Assembly: GCA_965228735.1 (NCBI GenBank)
Contig: OZ245838.1
Span: 4,384,001-4,448,000, forward strand
Length of the DNA: 64,000 bases
Direction of reading: 5' to 3'
DNA from: Planctomycetota bacterium
GTDB taxonomy: Bacteria; Planctomycetota; UBA1135; UBA2386
Below the pieces are notes generated by a model. It did not search any database, was not told where the DNA came from, and saw only the letters and a program-made list of their open reading frames with translations. Shown one piece after another: positions 18,837 through 27,385 of this stretch (the first letter of the stretch is position 1; each line of letters begins with the position of its first letter). The position numbers were made by a program, and so were the translations under genes.

Positions 18837-21272
18837 ATGAACCGAACCCGCTCGCACTCGCGCCTGCTCGGCACGTTTCTCGCCTGGCTCCCGATGACCG
18901 CACTCGGCGCGCAGTGTGCGACGCAATGGCAGGCGTCGGATCCGCGCCCCGGAGTGCAGTCCGCTTCCATGACCCCGGGATTGGTCGGCGCCACGACGCT
19001 CTGGGATCCGGACGGCGCGGGACCACTTCCGGTGCGACTCGTCGTCGCGGGCGAATTCCGGACCGCCGGTGGCCTGCCGGCGCCGAACGTTGCGTGGCTC
19101 GACCCCGGCACGGGCAATCTGCGACCGTTCGCAGCCGGGACACCGGAGTATGTTCGCGCGGCAACTGCACTGCCGAACGGCGCGCTGTTCGTGGGCGACT
19201 CGAGCGGTGTCCGCGAATGGAACGGCAGCACGTGGAACCTGCTCCCGGGACTCAGTGGCAGCGTGACCAAGATGACCGGCCTCGCGAACGGATCGCTCGC
19301 AGTGGTCGGCAACCTCACGACACCCGCGACCGACGTTGCGATCTGGGACGGCGCCTCGTGGTCCACGGCGGGCGGCGGCACCAACCGCGGCGTCCGGGAC
19401 CTCGCCGGGCTGCCGAACGGCGATCTCGTCGTCGGCGGCACGTTCACCAGCGTCGGCGGTACGGCGGCGCCGTACGTCGCAAGCTGGGACGGGCAGGCCT
19501 GGTCGGCACTCAGCGGCGGTCACCCAGGCCCGATCTTCGGACTCGAAGTGCTGCCGAACGGCAACCTCGCCGCGGCCGCCTTCGGCAGCCCCGTCGTCAG
19601 CATCTGGAACGGCGCGTCGTGGTCCACCCTGCCGAACCCGCCCATGGCCGGACTCGACGAAGTGCGAGCAGCACCGACCGGTGAACTGTTCGTCAACAGC
19701 TCGACTCGGGTCGCGCGCTGGGACGGAGCATCCTGGAGTTCGCTCGGCGAGATCGAGTACGCGATCTTAACGATCGGCCTCACGCCGAACGGTGACGTCG
19801 TCGCGGGGGGCAATTTCACGCAGTGCACCGACGGACCACTCGACGGGATCGGTCGCTGGGACGGCAACGCCTGGCAACCGGTCGGCCGCGGACTGGGCGG
19901 CCGAGCCCGGGCGCTGCTGACCCTCCGAGACGGCGACGTGGTCATCGGCGGCGACTTCTCGCAGATCGATGGCACCGCGGCCAATCGCGTCGCGCGCTGG
20001 GACGGCACGGCGTGGGCAGCGCTCGGCGCGGGGCTCGGCAGCGTGTTCTCGAACCCGCCGCTGTCGTACAACGGAGTGCACGCCCTCGCGGAGATGCCGG
20101 GCGGCGACCTCGTCGCCGGCGGCGCGTTCGAAGTCAACCAGAACTACGAGACGGTCGCCCGCTGGGACGGCAACGCCTGGTCACCCATCAGTGGTCCGCT
20201 CAATCAATCGGTCGACGCGCTGGCCGTCCTGCCGAACGGCGACCTCGTCGCCGGCGGCCCGTTCGTCGACCACGTCCAGCGCTACGACGGCAGCACGTGG
20301 TCGCCACTCGGCGGTGGCGCAAATGCGCGCGTCCGAGCGCTCGCCATGCTCGACAACGGCGACCTCGTCGCGGGCGGCGACTTCACCACGATGGGTGGGC
20401 TCACGGCGAGAGCGCTGGCCCGCTTCGACGGAGCGACGTGGCACTCGATGGGCAACGGACTCTGGCAAAGCTCCGTGACCGCGCTCCTGCCGCTCTCCGG
20501 CGACGAGTTCGTCGCCGCTGGCGTGATCCCACTCGGCGGCGTCCACGCGTGGCGCGTCCTGCGCTGGCATGGCACCGGGTTCCAGAACCTGGGGCTCGAC
20601 ATGAACGGCCCGATCCACGCCCTCGCCCAGCTACCGAACGGCGACGTGCTGGCAGCGGGCGACTTCACCACCGCGGGCGGCGGCATCCCCGCGAACGGGG
20701 TCGCGCGTTGGGACGGCAGTGCGTGGTCGGCCGTGGGCGCCGGAACCACAGGACCGGCTTTGGCGCTGACACTCGCAGGTGACGAGATGTTCGTTGCCGG
20801 TGCTCTCGAGACCGCAGGCGGCGTGCCGGCGGGCGGCCATGCGCAACTCATGACGACCTGCCCCGCGGCAGCCCAGTCGGTCGCGACCGCCTGCGTCGGT
20901 CCCGCGGGACCCGTCACGCTCACGGCGGACGGCCTGCCGTGGACGGGGTCGACGTTCGTGACCACCGCAACGGGGTTCGCCACGGGCAGCCTCGGAGCCG
21001 CGATCATCGGGCTGACACCGCAAAGCCTGCCGCTTGCGGCGCTGCACCCGACCGGGCTGCCCGGCTGCGACCTGCTCGCGACCACCGACTCGGTACAGCT
21101 CGTGGTCCCGGCCGGAGGGCGAGCGCAGAATTCGCTGACGATCCCCAACGATCCCGTGCTCGCGGGGCTCGCGCTCGCGCACCAGTTCGTGCAAGGCGAA
21201 GTCGACGCGCTGGGCGCGCTGACTTCGCTCAGCAGCTCGAACGCGCTCGCGCTCGTGATCGGCGCCTTCTGA
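18837..21272 (+). CDS. Secreted 14-repeat beta-propeller protein with the shared C-terminal domain
   Basis: AAAGGAAG RBS, signal peptide ending ALGA|QC, 14 NGDLVAGG/RWDG repeats. Ends IPNDPVLAGLALAHQ...SSNALALVIGAF. Confidence 0.85.
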   Translation: MNRTRSHSRLLGTFLAWLPMTALGAQCATQWQASDPRPGVQSASMTPGLVGATTLWDPDGAGPLPVRLVVAGEFRTAGGLPAPNVAWLDPGTGNLRPFAAGTPEYVRAATALPNGALFVGDSSGVREWNGSTWNLLPGLSGSVTKMTGLANGSLAVVGNLTTPATDVAIWDGASWSTAGGGTNRGVRDLAGLPNGDLVVGGTFTSVGGTAAPYVASWDGQAWSALSGGHPGPIFGLEVLPNGNLAAAAFGSPVVSIWNGASWSTLPNPPMAGLDEVRAAPTGELFVNSSTRVARWDGASWSSLGEIEYAILTIGLTPNGDVVAGGNFTQCTDGPLDGIGRWDGNAWQPVGRGLGGRARALLTLRDGDVVIGGDFSQIDGTAANRVARWDGTAWAALGAGLGSVFSNPPLSYNGVHALAEMPGGDLVAGGAFEVNQNYETVARWDGNAWSPISGPLNQSVDALAVLPNGDLVAGGPFVDHVQRYDGSTWSPLGGGANARVRALAMLDNGDLVAGGDFTTMGGLTARALARFDGATWHSMGNGLWQSSVTALLPLSGDEFVAAGVIPLGGVHAWRVLRWHGTGFQNLGLDMNGPIHALAQLPNGDVLAAGDFTTAGGGIPANGVARWDGSAWSAVGAGTTGPALALTLAGDEMFVAGALETAGGVPAGGHAQLMTTCPAAAQSVATACVGPAGPVTLTADGLPWTGSTFVTTATGFATGSLGAAIIGLTPQSLPLAALHPTGLPGCDLLATTDSVQLVVPAGGRAQNSLTIPNDPVLAGLALAHQFVQGEVDALGALTSLSSSNALALVIGAF

Positions 21273-21445
21273 TCGGGCGGGCACGCGCCGCTGGCGCCTC
21301 GCGGCCGCCGGCGATGATCGGCAGGGCGCCTCGACGGCTCCGACTGACGGTTGGTAGTAAGTCCTGCCCATGGACGAGTCCCCGGCGGCGAAGGGGCGCT
21401 ACACTTCGGGCGCCGCCAGCCCCTGAAGGCCACCGCCACTCTCCC

Positions 21446-23269
21446 ATGCAACACCTCGCTCCTGCTCTGCTCGGCCTGCTCGTCGTCGGGACCGCGTCCG
21501 CGCAGTCCGCGCCCGGCTACCTCTACGAGATCGCGAATCCGACGCCGGCCCAGCACCTCCTCCTGCGCCGGCACTTCGACGTGCTCGGCAACTGCTGCGG
21601 CAGCTCGTCGTTGACCGGCAAGCGCCTCGAGATCGTGATCGAGAAGGAACAGGTCGCGGCGCTGCTCGCGATTGCGCCGACCGCGAAGCTGGTCGACATC
21701 GGCCGACCGTTCCACGAGGTCCGACTCGCCCGCGCGCAGGCCGCCGGCGTCGACGTTCCGGACCCTGGCTATTTCACCGTCGCGGAGACCGAGGCCGAGA
21801 TCGACGCGTTGGTCGCGACCTACCCGACGCTCGCCGCGAAGGTCAACCTCAGCACGTTGCCCGGCGGTTCGCTCACGCACGAGGGCCGGCCGATCTGGGC
21901 GCTGAAGATCAGCGACAACGTCGCGGCGGACGAGGACGAACCGGCGATCGTGCTCGCCTGCCAGCACCACGCGCGGGAGCTCAACACCGGCGTGGTCGCG
22001 ATCGGCGGCATGCAGCGCGTGCTCGCGGGCTACGCGACGGACCCGGCGGTGCAGGCCGCGGTCGACGAGCACGAGATCTACTTCGTGCCGATGGTGAACC
22101 CCGACGGCGTCCACCACGTCTGGACGGTCTACGACTACTGGCGCAAGAACCGCCGCAACAACGGCAGCAATTTCGGCGTCGACCTCAACCGCAACTTCCC
22201 GTTCCTCTGGGGCGCCTGCGGCTCGTCGAGCTCGACCAACTCCAACATCTATCGCGGCCCGGCGCCGGGCAGCGAGCCCGAGACGCAGACGATGCGCAAC
22301 CTGATCGCGCTGCTGCGGCCCGAGATCTACCTCGACTACCACAGCTACGGGCAGGAGGTGCTGCGCACCTACGCGCCGTGCGCGACCGTGAGTCCGGCGA
22401 TCGACGGCCTGCTCGAGCATTACGTCGACGATCTGCGCGCGCCGATGAACTATGCGAAGCGCAGTCCGTCGGCGTCGGGCGAGGCGCCCGAGGACCACTG
22501 GGCGAGCGGCGGGACGCTGTCGTTCCTGACCGAGACGGGCACCTCGTTCCAGCCGCCGATCGCGACGGCGCAGGCCGAAGAGGCCCGCGTCTGGCCGGGC
22601 ATGCGCCACGCGCTGACCGCGTGGAAGCCGGCCGTTCGCGGTCACGTGCGATCGACGCTCGGCAACCAGCCGCTCGGCTCGACGATCACGTTCACGCCCA
22701 ACGTGTTCCACCACGGCGAGGTGACCAAGAGCCGCTCGCGCGACGGGCGCTACGGCCTGTGGCTGCCGCTCGGTTCGTGGGACGTGACCTACGCGGCGCC
22801 CGGACATGTGAGCGTGACCGTGCCCGTGACGGTGACGACCTACGACGCGCCGATGACCATCGAGGTCGTCCTGAGCCCGTCGGGGACGCCCGCAGTGCTC
22901 GCGAAGAGCGGCGCGGGCAACATCGGCACGAACGTCAACTTCACCTACACGAGCCCCGGCGACGCCGGCAAGCTCGCGCTCATCGGCTGGGCGCTCGACA
23001 CGACGCCAGGCCTCAGCCTCGGCGGTCAGCGCGCCATCCCGCTCAACCCGGACTTCCTGTTCAGCGCCGCGCTGAGCGGCAACGCGTTCCTCACGCCGAC
23101 GTGGCTCGGGCTGGACGGCGCGGGGCAGGGCCAGTCGGTGCTATCGATCCCGAACCAGCCGTGGATCGTCGGCTTCACGTCCTACTTCGCCGGGATCACG
23201 TTCGACCCGGCGTACCACTACGGCGTGAAGACCTGGAGCAATCCGATCGCGGTGACGCCGATCCCGTAG
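21446..23269 (+). CDS. Secreted M14 zinc carboxypeptidase (carboxypeptidase T-like) with a regulatory-like Ig domain and the shared C-terminal domain
   Basis: HHARE (HxxE), WRKNRR, GVDLNRNF, DYHSYGQ, FLTETG. Signal peptide ending TASA|Q. Confidence 0.9.
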   Translation: MQHLAPALLGLLVVGTASAQSAPGYLYEIANPTPAQHLLLRRHFDVLGNCCGSSSLTGKRLEIVIEKEQVAALLAIAPTAKLVDIGRPFHEVRLARAQAAGVDVPDPGYFTVAETEAEIDALVATYPTLAAKVNLSTLPGGSLTHEGRPIWALKISDNVAADEDEPAIVLACQHHARELNTGVVAIGGMQRVLAGYATDPAVQAAVDEHEIYFVPMVNPDGVHHVWTVYDYWRKNRRNNGSNFGVDLNRNFPFLWGACGSSSSTNSNIYRGPAPGSEPETQTMRNLIALLRPEIYLDYHSYGQEVLRTYAPCATVSPAIDGLLEHYVDDLRAPMNYAKRSPSASGEAPEDHWASGGTLSFLTETGTSFQPPIATAQAEEARVWPGMRHALTAWKPAVRGHVRSTLGNQPLGSTITFTPNVFHHGEVTKSRSRDGRYGLWLPLGSWDVTYAAPGHVSVTVPVTVTTYDAPMTIEVVLSPSGTPAVLAKSGAGNIGTNVNFTYTSPGDAGKLALIGWALDTTPGLSLGGQRAIPLNPDFLFSAALSGNAFLTPTWLGLDGAGQGQSVLSIPNQPWIVGFTSYFAGITFDPAYHYGVKTWSNPIAVTPIP

Positions 23270-23328
23270 CCGAACGGCCGGCGGGCCCCGCTGGCGGATG
23301 AGCTCCTGCTCGAAGTGGCAGTGGGCCC

Positions 23329-24828
23329 TCAGAAGACGCCGGTCGTCAGACTGAGGGCGTTCGTCGCGGTCAACGCGACGACCTGCCCCTGGGCGCCGAG
23401 CTCGACCGGGAACATCTGTTGGTGATAGGTCACGCCGTTGAGCGCGGGTGTCAGCGGCATCGTCGTCTCGAACCGCACCGTCCCGGCAGTCGCGGGCAGG
23501 GCCACGACCGCATCGCTGCTGACGTTCGCCACGCATCCGGCGCCGCCCTGCGGCAACAACGCGCTCAAGGGCGTCGATTGCGTGGCGAACCCGAGCACGA
23601 GCAGCACGAGGGCATTGCTCGGCAGGCCGGCGCCCGTCGTCACCGCGGTGCCGCCGAGCCATGGCGGCGTGCTCGTCATCGCGTTGCTGCCGCCCGAGCT
23701 CGGGCACCCGGCCGCGAGCGCCGTCGCCGCCGCCGGACACGTCGACGCCAACCGGATGAGGTAGGGCGACCCCGTCGGGCCTGCGTTGGTCCAGCCGCCG
23801 CCGAGCAGCAGCTCGCCGTTCGGCGCCACGGCGCAGGTCCGCGGCGCGCTGCCCCCGGAGAACGAGAGCGCACCGAGCGCGGTCAACGAACTGTCGTTCC
23901 AGCGCGCGGCGCCGACCGCCGGCACGCCGCCGATCAGCGAGAAGTTGCCGACGATGCCCAGCGAGCCGTCCGGCAGGTCGGTCATCGCGCTGGGGACGCC
24001 GTTCGTCGACCCGCCGAGCGCATGCCAGGCGCTGCCATCCCAACGCGCGAGGCGCTGGGCGCTGACGCCGTTCATCATCGAGAACGCACCGACCGCGATC
24101 ACGTCGCCGCTCGGGCGCAGCGCGAGGTCCTCGACCGTCGAGTTGGCGCCGCTGCCGAACGGCTGCCACGACGAACCGTCCCAGCGCGCGATGCGAGATG
24201 CCGCGGTCGCGCCGGCGTTCTGGAACATGCCACCGGCGATCACGTCGCCGTTCGGCATCGTGAGCAGGCAATTCACCTGCGCGTCGAAGCCGCTGCCCAG
24301 CGCGTGCCAGGCGGTGCCGTCCCAGCGCGCGACGCGCTGCGCCGGGGTGCCGCCCGCGCTCGTGAAGCTGCCGCCGACGACGAGGTCACCGCTTGGCATC
24401 AGGCAATGCGCGTACACCTGGCCGGCGATCCCGCTGCCGAACCCCGACCAGTTCTGCCCGTTCCAGCGCGCGACCCCGGTCCGCGGCGTGCCGTGGACCT
24501 CCCAGAACTCGCCGCCCACGAACAGATCGCCGTTCGGCAGGGTCCCCATCGTGCGCACCGCGGCGTTGACGCCATTGGGCGTGCCGCCGCCCAGCGGGTG
24601 CCAGGCGTTGCCGTCCCACCGCGCGATGCGGCGCGTCACGACGCCGTCGATGCGGTCGAAGTTGCCGCCGACGATGACCTGGCCCTGCCAGGACGCGACC
24701 GCCGTGACGGCGGCCGGGCCGACGTTGCGGACGATGTTGCCGGCGCCGTACGCGGGCAGCACGCTGAGGCTGCACTGCGCTGCGGCACAGCCGAGCAGAA
24801 CGGGAAGAACGGCCAGGAAGCGGGTCAT
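23329..24828 (-). CDS. Secreted 7-repeat beta-propeller protein with the shared C-terminal domain
   Basis: Signal peptide ending CAAA|QC, 7 repeats. Ends PPWLG...MPLTPALNGVTYHQQ...ATNALSLTTGVF. Confidence 0.85.
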   Translation of the reverse strand: MTRFLAVLPVLLGCAAAQCSLSVLPAYGAGNIVRNVGPAAVTAVASWQGQVIVGGNFDRIDGVVTRRIARWDGNAWHPLGGGTPNGVNAAVRTMGTLPNGDLFVGGEFWEVHGTPRTGVARWNGQNWSGFGSGIAGQVYAHCLMPSGDLVVGGSFTSAGGTPAQRVARWDGTAWHALGSGFDAQVNCLLTMPNGDVIAGGMFQNAGATAASRIARWDGSSWQPFGSGANSTVEDLALRPSGDVIAVGAFSMMNGVSAQRLARWDGSAWHALGGSTNGVPSAMTDLPDGSLGIVGNFSLIGGVPAVGAARWNDSSLTALGALSFSGGSAPRTCAVAPNGELLLGGGWTNAGPTGSPYLIRLASTCPAAATALAAGCPSSGGSNAMTSTPPWLGGTAVTTGAGLPSNALVLLVLGFATQSTPLSALLPQGGAGCVANVSSDAVVALPATAGTVRFETTMPLTPALNGVTYHQQMFPVELGAQGQVVALTATNALSLTTGVF

Positions 24829-25046
24829 GCCCTTCGAATCGCGAGAGTCGGCCCCGCGTCTCGCGGCTTCTCCGAGAAAAACGCTTGGGGCTGGATCCTG
24901 GATCGGCGGCGGCAGCGGCCGGCAACCGAACCGCGCTTCCTTGTCGGAACGCCGACGATCGGCGACCCGCCGACGCGCAATCAGGCACTCTCACGGCCGT
25001 GCGCCCCGCCGCGCGTGCCGGCCGCATGGGCACGGTCTTTGCTCTA

Positions 25047-25086
25047 GAACGGCCTCGAACGGCCTCGAACGGCCCCGAACGGCGCC
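25047..25086. repeat. Four tandem 10-bp direct repeats in a divergent intergenic region
   Basis: gaacggcctc gaacggcctc gaacggcccc gaacggcgcc, followed by degenerate copies. Confidence 0.85.
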
Positions 25087-25118
25087 GACACGGCCGCCCA
25101 ACGACACCTCGAATCGCC

Positions 25119-26225
25119 ATGCCGCCATCCGCCCCCCGCACTCGCATCCTGGCAGCCTCGTTGCTCGCCCTGGCCACACTGACCAGCGGCTCACGGACCC
25201 AACAGACGCTCGTCGTCGGCGCCGGCGGCACGTTCCCGACCATCAGCGCCGCGATCGCCGCGGCTCAGCCAGGTGACACCGTGCTCGTCAACGGCGGCAC
25301 GTGGGCCGAGAACCTCGACATCGACAAGGGCATCCACTTCGTCGGGCGCGGCGCGAGTCTGCGGTATCAGATCTTCCAGTTCCCGATGCGCGTGCATGAC
25401 GTGCCGGCGGGCCAGGTCTTCTCGATGCGCGGGTTCCGCGCCGACGGCTCGTCCGGCGCGACCGACACGATCGTGCAGGTCGACGACTGTGACGGAACCG
25501 TCGCGATCCAGCACCTCGAACAGGGTGGACTCAACCAATGGGCGTTGCGCGCCGTCAATTCGCGCCAGGTCCACGTCGCCGGCACCGCGATCGCCGCCAT
25601 GCGATGCCAGGACAGCACCGTGGTCATTCACGGCTGCGTGTTCGACCCCGGGGTGCTCGCGGGGCTGACCCTCGACGGTGGGCGGGTGGCGATCGTTGGC
25701 TGTTCGATCCGCGGCGCCTTCGCTCCGTTCACCGGCCCGGGCATTCACATGACCGGCACCGAACTCGCGATCGCGGCATCCCAGGTCACCGGCACCGGCA
25801 GCAGCGCGGCGATCCTGACCAGCGGTGGCGTGATCCTGAACGACCCGAGCAACGTGCTGGCAGGCGCAGGATCGTCGCCGGCGATCGCCGGCAACGCGCA
25901 GGTCGCGGTGTACGAGTTCGGCACGCTGCAGGCGGCGACCGACGGGCAGACACTGTCCATGACGGTCAACGGCCCGACCGGCAGCGCATTCGTCACGCTT
26001 CTCAGCCTGCCACGACCGGTCGTGCCGACGCCGTCAGGCCTCGCCTGGGTCGACCCGCTCGCATTCGCGATCGTGCAGACCGGTACGCTCGCCGGTGCGG
26101 TACCGCAGGTCGGCCAGCTCGCGCACCCAACGTTGCCGCCCGGCGTGACGGCGGCGCTGCAGATGGCGTACGTCGGGCCGAGCGGCGTCGCGTTGTCGAC
26201 TCCGAGCCTGGTGATCGCTCCATAG
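25119..26225 (+). CDS. Secreted right-handed beta-helix (pectin-lyase fold) protein with a short version of the shared C-terminal domain
   Basis: FPTISAAIAAAQPGDTVLVNGGTWAENL is a typical beta-helix cap. Ends LPPGVTAALQ...LSTPSLVIAP. Confidence 0.75.
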   Translation: MPPSAPRTRILAASLLALATLTSGSRTQQTLVVGAGGTFPTISAAIAAAQPGDTVLVNGGTWAENLDIDKGIHFVGRGASLRYQIFQFPMRVHDVPAGQVFSMRGFRADGSSGATDTIVQVDDCDGTVAIQHLEQGGLNQWALRAVNSRQVHVAGTAIAAMRCQDSTVVIHGCVFDPGVLAGLTLDGGRVAIVGCSIRGAFAPFTGPGIHMTGTELAIAASQVTGTGSSAAILTSGGVILNDPSNVLAGAGSSPAIAGNAQVAVYEFGTLQAATDGQTLSMTVNGPTGSAFVTLLSLPRPVVPTPSGLAWVDPLAFAIVQTGTLAGAVPQVGQLAHPTLPPGVTAALQMAYVGPSGVALSTPSLVIAP

Positions 26226-26351
26226 GGGCTCGGCCGGGCCCGCGCGCCCTGACCGATCAGAAGCGCAGCGTGCAACCGCCGGTACGGGATTGGCGCGCGC
26301 AACGGCTGCGCTGCGTCGGCGCCCCGCGCTGGCGGGTTCCGGATGTTCACT

Positions 26352-27194
26352 TCAGCTGCCGATCGTCACATCGACAGCGTTGCTGAACGCGACGCCGCCG
26401 GTTGCGACCGGGTCGAACACGGCCGCCTGACACGTGAAGCGCAGTCCGCACAGCAGCGCCGGGTCGCAGTCGAGCGGCACGGGCAGGTCGCCGAGTCCGG
26501 TGCTGTCGGTCACGCTGATGATCGAGTACGCGTAGGGGTCGATGAGCAGCGTGGCGCCGAAGTCGGGCAACGGCGTGCTGCCCTGCCCCCAACCGATGAG
26601 CCAGCCCATCGCGCTGCTCGGCGCGGCGGCGCTGAGCTGGAGCGCGAAGTCCGCGTCGCCGAGACGCGGCAGGTCGTTGCCCGCGAGCGCCGGCACGCCG
26701 GCCGTGCCGTTCGTGCCGCTGCCGTAGGTCGCCAGCGCCGCCGGACCGCTGCAGCCTGCGATCGCGTCGATACGCAGCGAGATGCCGCCGAGGTTGCCGA
26801 TGACGTAGTTGTCACCGACGGCGAAGCGCACGGTGGCGGCCTGCGGCAGCCAGTAGGTCGACGGCGTCGAGTTCGCGAGCGCGAGCGCCGGGGTCGACAT
26901 GAAACCCGTGCCGCCGTACTGGCCGCCGCCGGGGCCCGACCACATGTAGTACAGGGTGGCCCAACCCTGACTGCAGTTGAGTCCGTTGGCACCGCACCCG
27001 GAGTTGGCGCCGTTCCACGGGTGGAACGCGACGTAGGTGCTGGCGATCGGGGTGACCCGCCAGCAGCCGGCGCCGAGCTGCAGCGTGATCGGCGCCGACG
27101 TGTTGTTCACGGCGCCATCCAGATGGACGAACTGCTGGGCCGCGGCGGGCGCGGCGAGGACGGAATAAAGGACGACAGCGGCGGAACGGTTCAT
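26352..27194 (-). CDS. Small secreted protein: beta-sandwich passenger plus the shared C-terminal domain
   Basis: Signal peptide MNRSAAVVLYSVLAAPAAA|Q. Ends YGSG...PRLG...CDPALLCGLRFTCQAAVFDP...FSNAVDVTIGS. Confidence 0.8.
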   Translation of the reverse strand: MNRSAAVVLYSVLAAPAAAQQFVHLDGAVNNTSAPITLQLGAGCWRVTPIASTYVAFHPWNGANSGCGANGLNCSQGWATLYYMWSGPGGGQYGGTGFMSTPALALANSTPSTYWLPQAATVRFAVGDNYVIGNLGGISLRIDAIAGCSGPAALATYGSGTNGTAGVPALAGNDLPRLGDADFALQLSAAAPSSAMGWLIGWGQGSTPLPDFGATLLIDPYAYSIISVTDSTGLGDLPVPLDCDPALLCGLRFTCQAAVFDPVATGGVAFSNAVDVTIGS

Positions 27195-27385
27195 GGCAGT
27201 CTCGATGTGGGCGGGTGGAATTGCCCTCCCGACCACCGAAGCGAACTCGCGCGGCGGCGACCGCCACCCAATCACGAATGTCCGTTCCGCGACAGGCCGG
27301 GCTCGCGTCCGGCCACCTGGCCGCTCATGGTACTGGCGCGCTTCCAGTTTCGGCCCTCGACGAGCCGGTGAGGCGGTTTTCGAAC

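Noticed and set aside
14819..24828. CRISPR array or DNA-level repeat element suggested by recurring cccagcgcgcg / gctgggacggc strings
   Set aside because: These are coding repeats (ARWDG) inside propeller genes. There is no repeat-spacer structure and no cas genes.
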